DNA of 64,000 bases from Marsupella aquatica (taxonomy: Eukaryota > Plantae > Marchantiophyta): positions 8,828,234-8,892,233 of the forward strand of contig OZ316894.1 in the NCBI GenBank assembly GCA_973895155.1, read 5' to 3'. Below are positions 25,531 to 37,811 of the stretch, in pieces (position 1 is the stretch's first letter; each line of letters begins with the position of its first letter). The notes below the pieces were generated by a model. That model saw only the letters and a list, made by a program, of their open reading frames with translations. It was not told the DNA's origin and ran no database searches. Position numbers and translations under genes: made by a program.

Positions 25531-25685
25531 AGTTGCAGACAATCACATTTTGATCTTTTGTGCCCTCTTAGAGTGGGCATGGCACAGTTTTGGTGGAAAA
25601 TAGGAACTTTCAGTTGCAGGCACATGCCATTTTGAACTTTTGTGCCCTCTCAGAGTGGGCATAGCACAGTTTTAGTAGAAAATAG
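25531..25685. repeat. ~81-bp tandem duplication downstream of RDR
   Basis: agttgcag...cattttga.cttttgtgccctct.agagtgggcat.gcacagtttt.gt.gaaaatag occurs twice. Confidence 0.85.
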
Positions 25686-26599
25686 ACAGGACTGACACTT
25701 CTTCCCGGTCAGTCCTCTGGCTAATTGTATCCACGGCTTTGTGATTATTAATGAAGAAAGGTTTTCAATTGGCTTGCAATCCTGTCCTGCGCTCTTCATC
25801 CAATTTTCTGGCTGTCTGTGAGATTGGAGTTTGGAATATGTGACAATAGAAACTGCAGTGCGGCCTATTTCACAACTTCAGGTCTGGTTCACGGCGAACG
25901 TAATTAATGGTGCAGGGAATTGCAGAGGTAACCGCTACGGGGTAAGGACCACATCATCCTTGAGAAAAGCTACACTGCATCTCAATACGAGCTGGTACTA
26001 TAGTTACGACGAAGTCATATCATTTGATGTTGATTTGAGTGTTTAGTTCCTTATTATAGAAAAGCTATGTCGAGCAGCGAGTGTGGAGGAAACGACAAGG
26101 ACAAGTCCCAGGTACACAAATCATCTGCTCCGCTCCTAAAGATTGCATCTCAGTGGTTTGCACTGGTCCACATTAACCGCCCAGAGAATTCAGGGAACTT
26201 GCCTCAACTGATGTTTTTTCTAAGCTTATTTGATTCAAGTAGCTAACCTCTACATTCTGTTTAATCACGGAAGAACCCCCAAATTGTACAATGAATTTGC
26301 ACTCCCACCTCTACGGGTTAGTCCACAGCTGTACAGAAGATCATAGGCTAGCATGTTTATAGAAAGGAACAAACAGTCAAACTGACACACTCAAGCTGTG
26401 TAAATTCTGAACTTCATTGAAGCCAGAATGAAGCCTGCTCTCCAGAGATGATTGATCATGTATGAAGGCGCTCATGAGCATGTAACATTCGCTAGGCCTA
26501 ACAACCAGACCTGAGACGCGCAGTCAGGGCAAAAAATCCCAGCAGGCAATTTTGCCGATCGTATGGATGATCATCCAAGCTTGCTTCCAACACTCAACT

Positions 26600-27339
26600 T
26601 TAGTCTCCACCTTTGTCCTCACTCTCTTTCCTAGCCAAGTAAATCTTCCGCTTCTTCTCTAGCTCTGCCAGCTCTTTCTCAGTAGGGCTCAGCAGCCAAT
26701 CCTTGCCTGCATCCAACCATCTAGACACCTGCATTTCCACTATGTTGTTATGGACTCCACGTAGCTCAACAATTGAGAGGAACTGATGAATCACGGACTT
26801 CAATTCCAGTCAACACAAAACTGAGAGCACAAGTTCCAGAAACACTACTCCTACAAGACAAAAATTAGGGCCCTGCATCCCATATACCTCCAAAACGGTG
26901 CTGCGCTAGAATGACAAACAAAAATATTTCTCTCATAACTCCTCAAAATACGTGAGACTCGACATACAGCATCATCAATCACAGGATTGCAATCTCTGTC
27001 TTACTCAAACCAATCCCGAGCCGATGGAATGCACATCTGAAAATTTCATTTCTTCCGATTCCTGAGCTGGAATGAGCCGATCGCCAGATAATTTAAAGTA
27101 ATCAGACGGTAACGGAGAGCAGAATCTAACAATCAACAAGGGGCAGCAGAGAATGGAGGACGGCAAACAAACAGGAACACAGAAATTAATCATGGACAGG
27201 AATGAGCAACCAGAGTTTCTCTTACAGCGGAGAGCGCGTGAGGCTGAGGGCCGTAGTCAGCTGTGAGCACTACCACTGCCGTGATGGATGTGGCTAAGAT
27301 CGTGAATCGCCGAAGCAGCCGGTCTCTGCCCGCTTCCAT
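26600..27339 (-). CDS. Small uncharacterised single-pass membrane protein, 80 aa (MEAGRDRLLRRFTILATSITAVVVLTADYGPQPHALSA|VSRWLDAGKDWLLSPTEKELAELEKKRK...); exons 27339-27226 and 26728-26600
   Basis: ATG at 27339, donor GTAAG at 27225, acceptor CAG at 26729, phase 0, TAA at 26602-26600. It has a basic N-terminus, one hydrophobic helix and an LTADYGP motif that I recall from a small conserved plant protein family. Confidence 0.8.
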
Positions 27340-27460
27340 CTCGTGTTCTGCGATCCTAAAACTCTAAAACCCTCCTGCTCTCGTCTCCGAACTTCTCAAG
27401 GTGTTTTCCATCCAAACCCTTAACCCTTAAGCTTTGCACCTGGCCCCAAAGAGTACTATT

Positions 27461-28100
27461 AGGGCGTCTCAAAGGTCAAAGCATTAATTTTATATATTGA
27501 GATATAATTTGGTTGAGACGAGAGCACGGATATATATATATAGTTCAATATCCGTGCGTTACGCGTCTCAAAGGTCAAAACATTATATATATAAAAGTTC
27601 AATATCGGAGCGTTTACACAAAAGATGTCATGTCGATCAAGATTTGGTTGAGAAAACAAATGTTGTGTTGGCCAAGAGTTTGTTGAGAAAAAAGAAATTG
27701 TGTAGGCCAAGAAGTTGTTGAGACAAAGGATGTCGTGTCGCACGGCTAAGAAGTCATTGAGAAAAAATGTCGTGTTGACCAAGACGTCATTGAGAACAAA
27801 AATGGCATGTCGGCCAAGATGTTGTTGAGAAAAAAGATGTCGGTCGGCCAAGGAAATTGTTGAGAAAAAATACCCGTGCATTGCACAAAAGATGAAAAAC
27901 AATATGACGTGGATGTTATTATGTGAAAATATCATGAAGTACAAAAATGTTCATTAATAAAAGAGAAGTCATTTTGCCAAAGATATCACTATGATTGTGA
28001 AGATGACATTAAGGTAAAGGTGTCATTTTGCCAAAGATATCATGAAATAAAAGATGTTATAAGAAAAAAGTTGTCAATTCACCCAAGTTGTCATTATGTA
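27461..28100 (+). mobile_element. Probable DNA-transposon left end (ATT|AGGGCGTCTCAAAG) followed by a ~32-bp subterminal minisatellite
   Basis: The terminus resembles the TIR of the MITE at 51416. About 8 copies of gatgtcgtgtcggccaaga.gttgttgagaaaaaa lie at 27624-27870 and decay towards 28100. Inverted repeat gcacggatat/atatccgtgc at 27524-27557. No matching right end was found. Confidence 0.5.
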
Positions 28101-30295
28101 AAATTAGTTGTGAAGTAAAACTCAAGGAGGGAAGGAGCGAGTCGACCAAGAGTCAGGGTTGTTGCCTCTCAATCCCAGGCTAGATGCTATCGTCACGGCC
28201 TGCATCCAAGGGGCGGCATGGTTTTCTTGGTCCTATTCCCTTGTCCTTGACCTTGTCTTTTTCTTGTTTTGTTTTGTTTTTTACCCAAATTATCCCTGCA
28301 TTTGAATGACGACCACTCTATAAATTGGTGTCTATTTGAATGACAATCACTCTATACTGGGCGAGAGGCTGCCCTACATTGCGAGTGTGCCCTCGCCCGA
28401 CACCTTGCCATCAGCGTCCGTGCCATGTGCTTCACTATGTCTTTGGGCCTTATTACTTTTGTTTTTTTACATTGAAAATGACAGGGCGAAAATCACCACA
28501 AATATTGGGAGAAAGTTTTTTTATTAGTGTTTGCAATAGTCTATTACACAAAACTATGCTCCGTTGCAATATTTACTTGCATGTGAGTATGTATAATACT
28601 TACTGCCATGGATTATGGAGGGAGTATCCCCCTTGATCCTCGTGCATTGTGTTAAAACCTTTCACTTTTTTGTTGGTGCCCTATATGATTATTTTCTGCA
28701 TGTCTTGGACAATGGTGTAACTTTTTCTGAGTCACAAAAACTCAATTCACACTTTGGCTTTATTACATACCTTTGACCAAATTTGGTGCAACTTTGTATT
28801 AGAGTCTTTAATAATGTTAATGGTGGGACACTTTCTTTCTTTTTGTTAAAAATGATATGTGGATGTGGATGACTTTTTTTTTGTGGCGGGTATATTTTCA
28901 ATTAATATTTTTTTGTCTTTAAGTGATATGTGCATGAATTTTTTGTAGCCGGTGCATATTTGTTGACAGTGATAAAATACAAGTCACATCTTGTCTAGTA
29001 AAATTATATGTCCATAAAATGCAAGTCACATAATGACTAGGAAAAGTATCAGTGCATGATATTGAAAAGTTGCCCACTTACTGTACAAGAGTAGAAGTAC
29101 AACAAAAAAACAAACCAAAAAAAAAAGTGTAGAAGTACAACAGATGTAAAAAAAAGTAATAAACTAGGAAGAAGTGCTAAAAATTCTATGAGATTTGTTT
29201 AAGGGTTAAATATACAATATTGGAATCTAGAATTAACCAGAAAGAATAGCATTAGGAGAACTTAAAGCCAGGATGGACAGACAGGTTGTCCATTAAGCCC
29301 GCATACATAAATGAAACATAAAAATCTGCAAGGTATTACTATTCACTTTTCTATCCATAAAGTGCACTGTCAAGGACCAAATCATCATTTGTGTCTAACT
29401 ATTTTACCAGTTGCTAACTCTATCACCACTTCTGTAATTAAGATACTTTGTCAATGGCCAGAGCTTTTTAGTTAAAAGCTTGGTTCCTTCTCCCAATACT
29501 TTTTCCCCCTCCATATAGTTACTTTAATCAGTTTTTAGAGTTTAATAAAAATATAAAGTACATTTAGGTCCTTCTATCAATACCTTATTTGGCCTTCATG
29601 GTTCATGAAATTTTGAGTAGATTGAGTGCTTTGTATTTTACTCATACCGCCTCAAGTAATTTTCTCAATGGTAAAAAAAAATGAACTCAATTTCTTCAAA
29701 AATATTTTTGTATGTTTGTAAGCCCCACAAAAAGGGGAAGAAAGCATAATGACTTGTGAACCAAAGAAACAATTTCAACCAAGGAGATGAGGTGGGAAAT
29801 CTAAAGCCCAAATAAGCTCAATTTTTACAAATGGATTACAATTTTTCTACACACTGCCTCAAGATTCTAGGGCATTGATACTTCGCGGAATGACTATATG
29901 ACTTTCGGAAATGTTGTTATGGTATCTTATTTTTTATAGAGCATTGCTCTTGTTAGGGGGATGGTAGTAATTTTTTCATTGCGGAGCTAAAGAATACTTT
30001 AATTTGCATAAGCATTATTGTGGAATGATATTTTCAGAGACCATTATTTGTGTTATAAATAGTCTTTTAATTGATTGCTATAGAGCTACTTGAGATTTGT
30101 TTTTGGTATTATTGTTGTAGGATGAATCCTATTTACGACCCCATCACCTGCTTATCAAACGATTTACACGACAAATACGTATTTCCTCCTACTAAAATTG
30201 TTTGTTATTGTATGACGGGACGTGAAAGGACGCTATTTGGATTCTATTGCATGTAGGATGAGTATGTTTGATTCCGCTCTCGGAAGTGTAATTTT

Positions 30296-33130
30296 TGATC
30301 AAGTCTACCGACTAGCCTCTCTGATTTTGATCAAGTCCTGTGGACTACACCACACACACTCCTACTAGTCGTTGGTGGAGTGCTGTCACCACCCCTCCTA
30401 CTCACATGGTTGACCAAACTGTGCAAGGATTCCTTAGACACTTCTTGGGGAAAGAACACAATCGTGAACCAGAAAAGATAACGCCACACCAAAACTTGAG
30501 GAATCAAACCAAATCCATATCTTTTGGAAAAAATGTCATAACACATTGCGAGGACAACCCGGCCTCCTGCCGTCTGCCCAACTCTTGCCTCACTGGGGCA
30601 AGTGCTACACCTCTCCCTCACTACTTTGGCTTGATTCCCTCTTCTGGCTATGAGCTAACTTCCCTAAAACCAACACTAGACTGAGTGCCCCCCTTCACTA
30701 CTACGGGGCTCTCCCCCTAAATACTCAAAACAACACACCAAAGCACCCCTCACGGGGTCACAAGGATGGCGGCTACCCTAGCGGCGCCGCTAAAACCTTC
30801 ACGAAAGAAATCCCTAATCCTAAAGCATGCGGCAAACACATGCTCCTAAAACCCTAATCTAACAATGGGACCGACGGTGCCTTCAACGGCGCCCCAACAT
30901 TGCTCTGTGAACCGCAAAAATGCAAGGGACCCCACAATTGCTGAAACTATGTGTCACTCTGATTTCACCTCTGAGCTCACCCCTGGGTAGCCCTACTCCA
31001 CCTGATCATGAATCACAAAACCGCTCCCGAAACGGACGTCGAATGACCAAGTTACGGTCGTTTCAGTATCACTTATTTATCAACTTCGTCGAGCCTTAAC
31101 TTACTCATCCTGGCTCCGTTTGAGGAGCGCCGTCTCTTGTTGGAATTAGCTCCGCGAGCTCTTTCCAACAAGCCCGTGAGTGCACCCTTCCAAAAAATTT
31201 CAAAACCCAAAGGTCGTATGACTAAGTCCGTATGACTACCCTAGTCCTCCTCCTCCTCACTCACGATGCCATGGCTTGAGCCCCATGAGTTGGTCTCTTC
31301 GTCACTCTCAATTGGAGTGGAGACTACTTCGTTTCTCTTCTTCTTCACAGGTGTACTCCCACTAGTGTTCCCTTGCTTTCTCAACGCCGCCAAGGCTTGC
31401 CAAGCCCTGACATAGCCCTCATCGATGGTATCCTTCCACAAGGCAGCCTCCTCTCCAGATTGCAACTCCAACGGTAAAACCTGCCCGGTGGCCATGGGAG
31501 TCCCCGGTGTCACATATCTGGGCTGCGTCCCCGGGGTTCCCGTATTGACCTCCATCCTCCATCACATTGGCAGAGGTCTTGAGATAAATTCGACGGAAAA
31601 CCTTCCTCATAACCGGTGCGGGACTTGCTGCCGGTCCAATGCTCATTGCCGCCTTTCTTCCTTCTCTCTCCTCCTCAATTAGTGTCGCAGTGTACTCACG
31701 GTAAGCGGCCTTGTATCTACAAACGTGAGTCGCGCTGAACTCAGGCTGATCAAGCATCCATTCTCCAGAAAAATTCCCAATCACCGAATCCCGTCACCAC
31801 ATTCAAATCTTGGCTCGGACGGCCCCCGTATCACGATCAAGAACCACCCTCAATTTCCCCTAGAGTCACTCAATGCCGCCGCCGCTAATTTCCGGAAAAA
31901 GTAAGCCCCCAATCTCCAATAATCAACCATGAGAGAGCTTAAAAAATAATTGCAAGGGCTGGAGAGAGCTTTCAGCCAGGAGTTGAGAAAACACCAAGTT
32001 TTGCTTTCGACAATGAAAGCAATCGCTTGCGGCGGAGAAAGGAGAGAAAGGGAAAAAAACAAAGGAGAAGAAAAATACAAAGGGGGCAGGACTCCCCGAG
32101 TCCTCCCCTTTGTTTCACGTCGACCTCTACACTTCCTCGCGCCTGCCACCTTGCGGCGGCGCCTACCCTGACTCGCAGCCTCCCGATCACCAGGAGCATT
32201 TAATGCCCCCCACCCTGCTCCTTACGTCGCTCCCCTCCGTGCCCAGGCAGCCCTGCATGCGGCAGCACTTAGTGCTCCCCGGCTACGCCTTACTCGCGGC
32301 AACTCGCGGTTGCAGCGCTCCTTCGGCCCTCCTCTTTGCCCTGGCAGTTCTCCCCCTTTGTTTGTACCCAAGGGCCCTTTTGGGGGATTTAACCCCCTCG
32401 GCTACCTCCTTTCTCGCGCCGGCTCACGGTGCCCTCCCTGCCCAACACAGTGCGCCTCCCTATGCAAGGGGGCTGGGTCTCCCGAGTGCCACCTGGTCAC
32501 TCGTGGGATGCATTCGGCTCGCCTCCCTATGGAGGCTCGCCCCATGCCCGGCCACCGTACGGGGCATTTAACCCCCCCCCCCCCGCAGCCTCCTTTGTCC
32601 CCGGCCTGCCGTAGCGCTTTGCTACCCCGACGCCTCCTCCTCAACTAGCACTCGCGGGGCCCCTTTTTGGGGGTTTTAAACCCCCCGTTCCTTCCTTCTA
32701 AATCCCTTGCGCCCTGGCAGCCTCCTTTATCCCCGGCTTGCCACCCTGCGCTCGTGGCACGCGGCCCTATGAAGGGCTTGCTGCCTCATCACTCCCGGCC
32801 CTTCACTCCCGGGATCAGCCCTCTTGCTAAAGCAAAAAATAATTTCCCCCCGACGTCAATTGTCGGGGTCACGCCTTCTTCGCGCGGCCCTCTCCCTAGT
32901 AATTTTTTTCCTGAGTTCTTTTCCTAAACCTTGCTATTGGGGTCCCCGGAAATGGCCATAAAATAACGGGGAATCCCCCAAAGCAGTGCCTTCCATCAAA
33001 TTCTATTTCTAAGGGACCCAACGGGGTCCCCGGAAATGGCCATAAAATAACGGGGAATCCCCCAAAGCAGTGCCTTCCATCAAATTCTATTTCTAAGGGA
33101 CCCAACGCAGTAAAATACTCCGGTCCATCA
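30296..33130 (-). mobile_element. Probable Ty3/Gypsy LTR-retrotransposon remnant (LTR/UTR-like, no pol domains)
   Basis: A GC-rich block in AT-rich DNA that ends in ...ggtccatCA (TGATGGACC on the minus strand). It contains ccttaacttactcatcctggctccgtttg...gagctctttccaaca, resembling a motif common in plant Gypsy LTR regions, plus short orphan ORFs at 31241-31784. No TSD could be matched and the left boundary is uncertain. Confidence 0.5.
32939..33106. repeat. Perfect 84-bp tandem duplication near the end of the LTR-like block
   Basis: ggggtccccggaaatggcc...taagggacccaac at 32939-33022 and 33023-33106. Confidence 0.95.
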
Positions 33131-36100
33131 TAAGTTATGGAATTAACTTTAAAAAATTAAAAAAAACTACGTATTTACAATGGTTATTTACATGGCACAA
33201 CCCAGTTCACAATTATCAAGGATTTTCAATGACGGGAATCCCCGTCACAGACCCCATGAGAGATCCCTTCCAAAATTCCTGGCACAAGAGCGTGCCACAT
33301 CAACAACAACCACAACCAACAAGACTCATCAATTTTATGAATCAACTTACAGTTTTCATTTGTGTTTGCGTCAATTTGGGTGTAAATGTTGGGACGCCAT
33401 GCTGTAAAAAAATGAAAAAATTTAGAAACTGTCACTATGTAACCATTTTAGTTACATATCCAATTTTAAAAATTAAATTCAAAGATTTAAAAAGTCTTTT
33501 TAAAATAATAAACAATGACTAATAACTAACTTGATAACTTCCTTGTTAAAGTGTAATTGGCACATGGAGTAAGATTTTCAGCCTTTTGTGATTCAGGCAA
33601 ACTGCCAGTTATGGTCGGAACTTGAACTAAATGAATTGATTCAATTCATTTGATCAGACATTGATCTGGTTTCAAATGGACTTGCCACGGATTGACTATT
33701 GACTCTTGTAGCTTGAGAATTTGGTTGCATGTAGCAAAAAAACCTTATTTTGATAACTACTTGTGATAACCATGCTGTTAACTTTTGGCTTGCAAAGCAA
33801 AGTATTCATGTGGTAGTTGAAAATATGTCAACTTCTCAGGCATGGCTGAATGGGTTCCACAATTGATTTCGTGAGAAAATCTAATCTAATCTAAAAATAC
33901 AAGTTGTAAAATCTATCCTATTTGTCCAACACAACATGACTACCAACTTCTTTTCCTAATCAAACTTCTCTCTTTTGAAAGCTTAAGCGTTGCCCTTGTC
34001 CATTTGGTGAATAGTTGCGTCAAGGTCATGAGGCTATTAACCTATAATTCAAAACTTGCCAAATTCAGACTTCAGTGAAATCTCCAGAATTTCCAATAAT
34101 GTGAAAGTACATAGACAAATCAGTTGACAAATATTCTACAAAGAGGACTCAGCTACTAGGAAGCTTAGGGTTCCTTGCTTAGAAAAGCAGATTTCTCAAT
34201 TGATCTGGACAAAGTAGTATTCTCAACTCAAATTGAGTGCCTAGGGCAATTTAGTAATCAAATATAGTGTCATCCAATGCCCAAATCAACTAACGTAAAC
34301 AAAATTGTGCCTTGGGTTTATTAATTAATGTTCTAAAATTAGTGAAAATATCTCATAGATCTTAAGTGTTTTAATGTGTGCTAGCAGAGCATTATGGACC
34401 ATATTAGCCTCTCAAAACGCAAGCTCAAACAAGGCCTAAAAAATGTAGCCAGGGGGTCCACGAACTAATTTTCAGAGAACCCTAGTACTCTTGTTACAAG
34501 AAGCTCTTTGAGTAATGTTTTGGATATGGAACTTCCGGACATCATGTTTTTCATACGGCTGCTCTTGTTCCAAGGAGCACTTCGAGTACTTTGCTGTTGC
34601 GGAGCTTTGGAAATTTTTTAATGTGCATCTTCACTTTCTCAATTTGACTTTGTGGTTAGGTTGACAAAATTGCAGGTAAACTATTAGTGAGAGAATTTAC
34701 CATCCATTTGAAGTTGGGTAGTCTCATGATTAGGTGTAAAATGGTTTGTCCCCTATCACAGTCCATGGGATAGTTGGAAGCAACGTAACTGTCCATCCGG
34801 GCTTTAGTTTCAGCATTAGGATAACAAGGATTACAAATATTAAGAGAGGTGTCAATGTAAATTTAAAATCTAAACTATACAAGGGATGCACCTTGATAAG
34901 ACACATTGAAATAAAATTACAGAATAAAAAGTCTGAAAATATTGAAAGATAAATTCCCCATATTAGAGATATCTGTAAAGTATGCTAACCATGGTCGAGT
35001 GTGACTCGATTGGCCGTGAACATAGTCGAGTCATTGGTATTTAACCCAAGTTTGCGGGCCGAACGTAATTAATGTTTACCGAACCTAATAGTGTATAGGA
35101 AGATTTCGTGCATGAATTTTGTGTATGAAATCTTTCCATCTCCTGGATTAACAAAATACGCGAACCCCTACCGCAGTTGAGAGAGGACCTTTGGAGTGTC
35201 TTGGCAAAGAAACGGAACGTAGCTTTCAATCATGGCGGGGAAGCAATTGAGATCTCGTTGCATTCCTGAGTCTGCAAAAGAATTCTGTTGGAAGAGTAAG
35301 GCTGGGAGGGCCCGTCTCCACTTGCAGTGTTTGCCTGCGGAACGGAGCGCAGTTCAAGAAGAGGTCCGGGAGTGGGAGTTGCAAAAGTGCTTGTCGTCAG
35401 CTGGTGAGTTTTCTGGAATTCTCTTTGCTGAATCAATGCTTTGTTTTCAATGCAAAATGGGCGAGTCATATGGATCCTTCTCCTAGCCCTCATCCACTGC
35501 ACCTTTTTAAACAACCTTATCGCCCGTCGTCTTGCTCTCAAACTAGAGTAGATGTCGACGCCATTTGCCAGGAGATGTTGTAGCAATTTGTCCTTATCGC
35601 CCGTCGTCTTGCTCTCAAACTAGAGCAGATGTCGCAGCAGACGTCGATGCCATTGCCAATTGAAAAAAAACTTTGCAAATAGAGCAAAGCTTATGAGTGG
35701 AGGTAAAGTGTCGCGGGTTCTCCCCCCTGCTTGCAGCCGTTCTCATGTTAATTCTTGGTGAGGCTCATCCATGTGAACCCACATCCCCTTGTACACAACG
35801 ATTGCTCAGTTGTGATGTGATTGACTCAGCATTGTCTTCTATACAGAGTTTTTCTCTTGAGATATATGCTCTACAGAGATCAGGAAGAATCACCTCTTTG
35901 CCGTTCACACGCCCACAGTCTTTTGTTTGCTTAGAAAATAAAGGAGGTCATGTTGTCATGTCTTGGGTACTATTTGATCTCTGATAGGTGGGCTTACCAA
36001 AGGACAGCTTTAGTAAGCTATGACTACCTATCTCCCAGTGCTACAGGGTTGCGCTAAGGAAACCTATTGCTATTGGCCTGGGGAACTACAGAATAAATTG

Positions 36101-36759
36101 ATACAGCTGCTGTAATTCACGGCTATGAAAGTTGTTGTCGGCTAATCATAAAGTATCTTGTGTTGTTACTCTTCTTCTACCTTTCCATGCCATGGCTTTT
36201 CCATTTGGATTTCCACTCACATACCCCCTCCTTCTAGTCCCCCTTTGTCAGGCTGTGCTTGTCCCCTGTGAGTAGACTATAGATGGCACTCGTCGCCTCC
36301 CAATCATGGGTGCTTGCTTGTCAAGCGAGTTGTCTATTTTCTAATCCTCAAAAACACACATAGCTGGACAGTGTTCCGGATCTTGGCGATCCAGGTGTCC
36401 ATTTCTTCTATTCCCTCTCTGATTTTCCAATATCTACCACTAGAGTATGATCAAGAGAAGGTTGCGCCAGAAAGGATGGGAGCATTGAGGTTCTAGTTTG
36501 CCTTGGAAGGATGGCTCCCATCGTATCAGTGACGAGGACGTGTTAGTGTCTTTGTTCCACTCTTCTCAAGAACGAGCGCTTCGTTTTGCATTAGTTACCC
36601 GCAAAGAAACCAGAAGGGAACCGAGCTGTTGTCGGCTGGTATAGTATGTTTGAATACTCTGGATAGCTTCTCTTCATCATGCAGTTTTGGTTCTCTTTTG
36701 TTGCGAATATGAATCTAGCTGAAGCATCTGAAGCGGTTGTTTGCAGGGGATCAAGTACT

Positions 36760-37811
36760 AATGAAGAGAGTTCATGCTCGGCAACAAGTTCCAGTAGCGC
36801 TCAGCTCTAGCAGCAGTGGTGGTACATCAAGCAATGAAGATTCTGATGCAGAAGTCAAACTGCTAATTGACAAGGAGACAGGGAGCTTGCATAACATTGA
36901 TAGCCACAAGTCATTGGGGAACAAACATGCAAAGAAGACATAGATGACAAGGGTTCAAGACTGATTGTAGATAATGATCATGTAAGTTGCTTCACTTGTT
37001 GGGGATTACAGAAAGTATTTCATGGAGTTTAGTAGGGGCAGGAAGAAAAAGGCCAAGCAACTGATTCCTAACAAGGTATGGACCAATGTTTACAAGGACT
37101 ACAAGAAAAACTTTCCCAGGTCTGCTTTCAAACCAGAGAGCCTCAAGATTCATTTGAGAGAGGCATTGACTGACCTACAATCAGGAGTAAATAACCCAGA
37201 GGCTGAGAACAATCAAGAGGGCTCTGAATTGCACGATGGTGCTGAGATGAGAGCATTGTACAGCACAGATGGTTTCCTTTGTCGCAATGTGCTGCAGGTA
37301 AGGGAGATAACTATGGACGGGAGTGCTACAAAAAAAAAGCAAAGAGACTTTTGAGGTAGGAACACCAGCAAGCAGGAGCACACGTAGTCCTCCAACACAA
37401 CAGTCAGAGAAAGACAACAGTGCACCAAGTAGGCCTTTCACTAAGAAGGAGACACTAAAGCAGGCTGGTGAGGACATTGCATCTATGCTTGGGGAGGTAA
37501 AGACGATCAAAGAGAAGCAAGTTGTGGATGCTGCTTCAAAGCGCTTAGATGAGGAAATCAGGGCATCATTGGCTGAGGCCAGACGTGAAGAGTCCACTGC
37601 CAGACGGGAAGAGTCTTCTGCCAGACTTGAGGAGGCTGCTGCCAGATGGATTGAATCTTCTGCCAGGTGTGAGGAAGCACAGTCAAGAAAACTATTCCAG
37701 GACAAGCAAAACATTCTTGCTGAGATTGGCCTTTTGGAGAAGCAAAGAGATGTTGGACTACTCACCGATTACGAGTTTAAGGAGAAGTGTCGAATTGTAT
37801 TTGGTTGTTAA
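36760..37811 (+). pseudogene. Harbinger accessory protein (Myb/SANT- or trihelix-like N-terminus, coiled-coil C-terminus), disrupted
   Basis: SLVGDYRKYFMEFSRGRKKKAKQLIPNKVWTNVYKDYKKNFP..ESLKIHLRE resembles a helical DNA-binding region, and the C-terminus is a coiled coil (ARREES repeats). Frameshift at the A9 run (37330-37338) and stops near 36941-36985. It lies tail-to-tail with the transposase, as expected for this superfamily. Confidence 0.65.

Noticed and set aside
26600-26803. Initial guess of complex I subunit NDUFA1 for the small minus-strand gene
   Set aside because: The spliced protein lacks the MWFE-type N-terminal motif, so it is left as uncharacterised.
27624-27870. Regular ~32-bp repeats superficially like a CRISPR array
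   Set aside because: The units are contiguous and degenerate with no unique spacers and no cas genes, in a eukaryotic context.
31850-32927. Many overlapping GC-rich ORFs
   Set aside because: Explained by high GC in the LTR-like block; no gag, RT or integrase motifs were seen.
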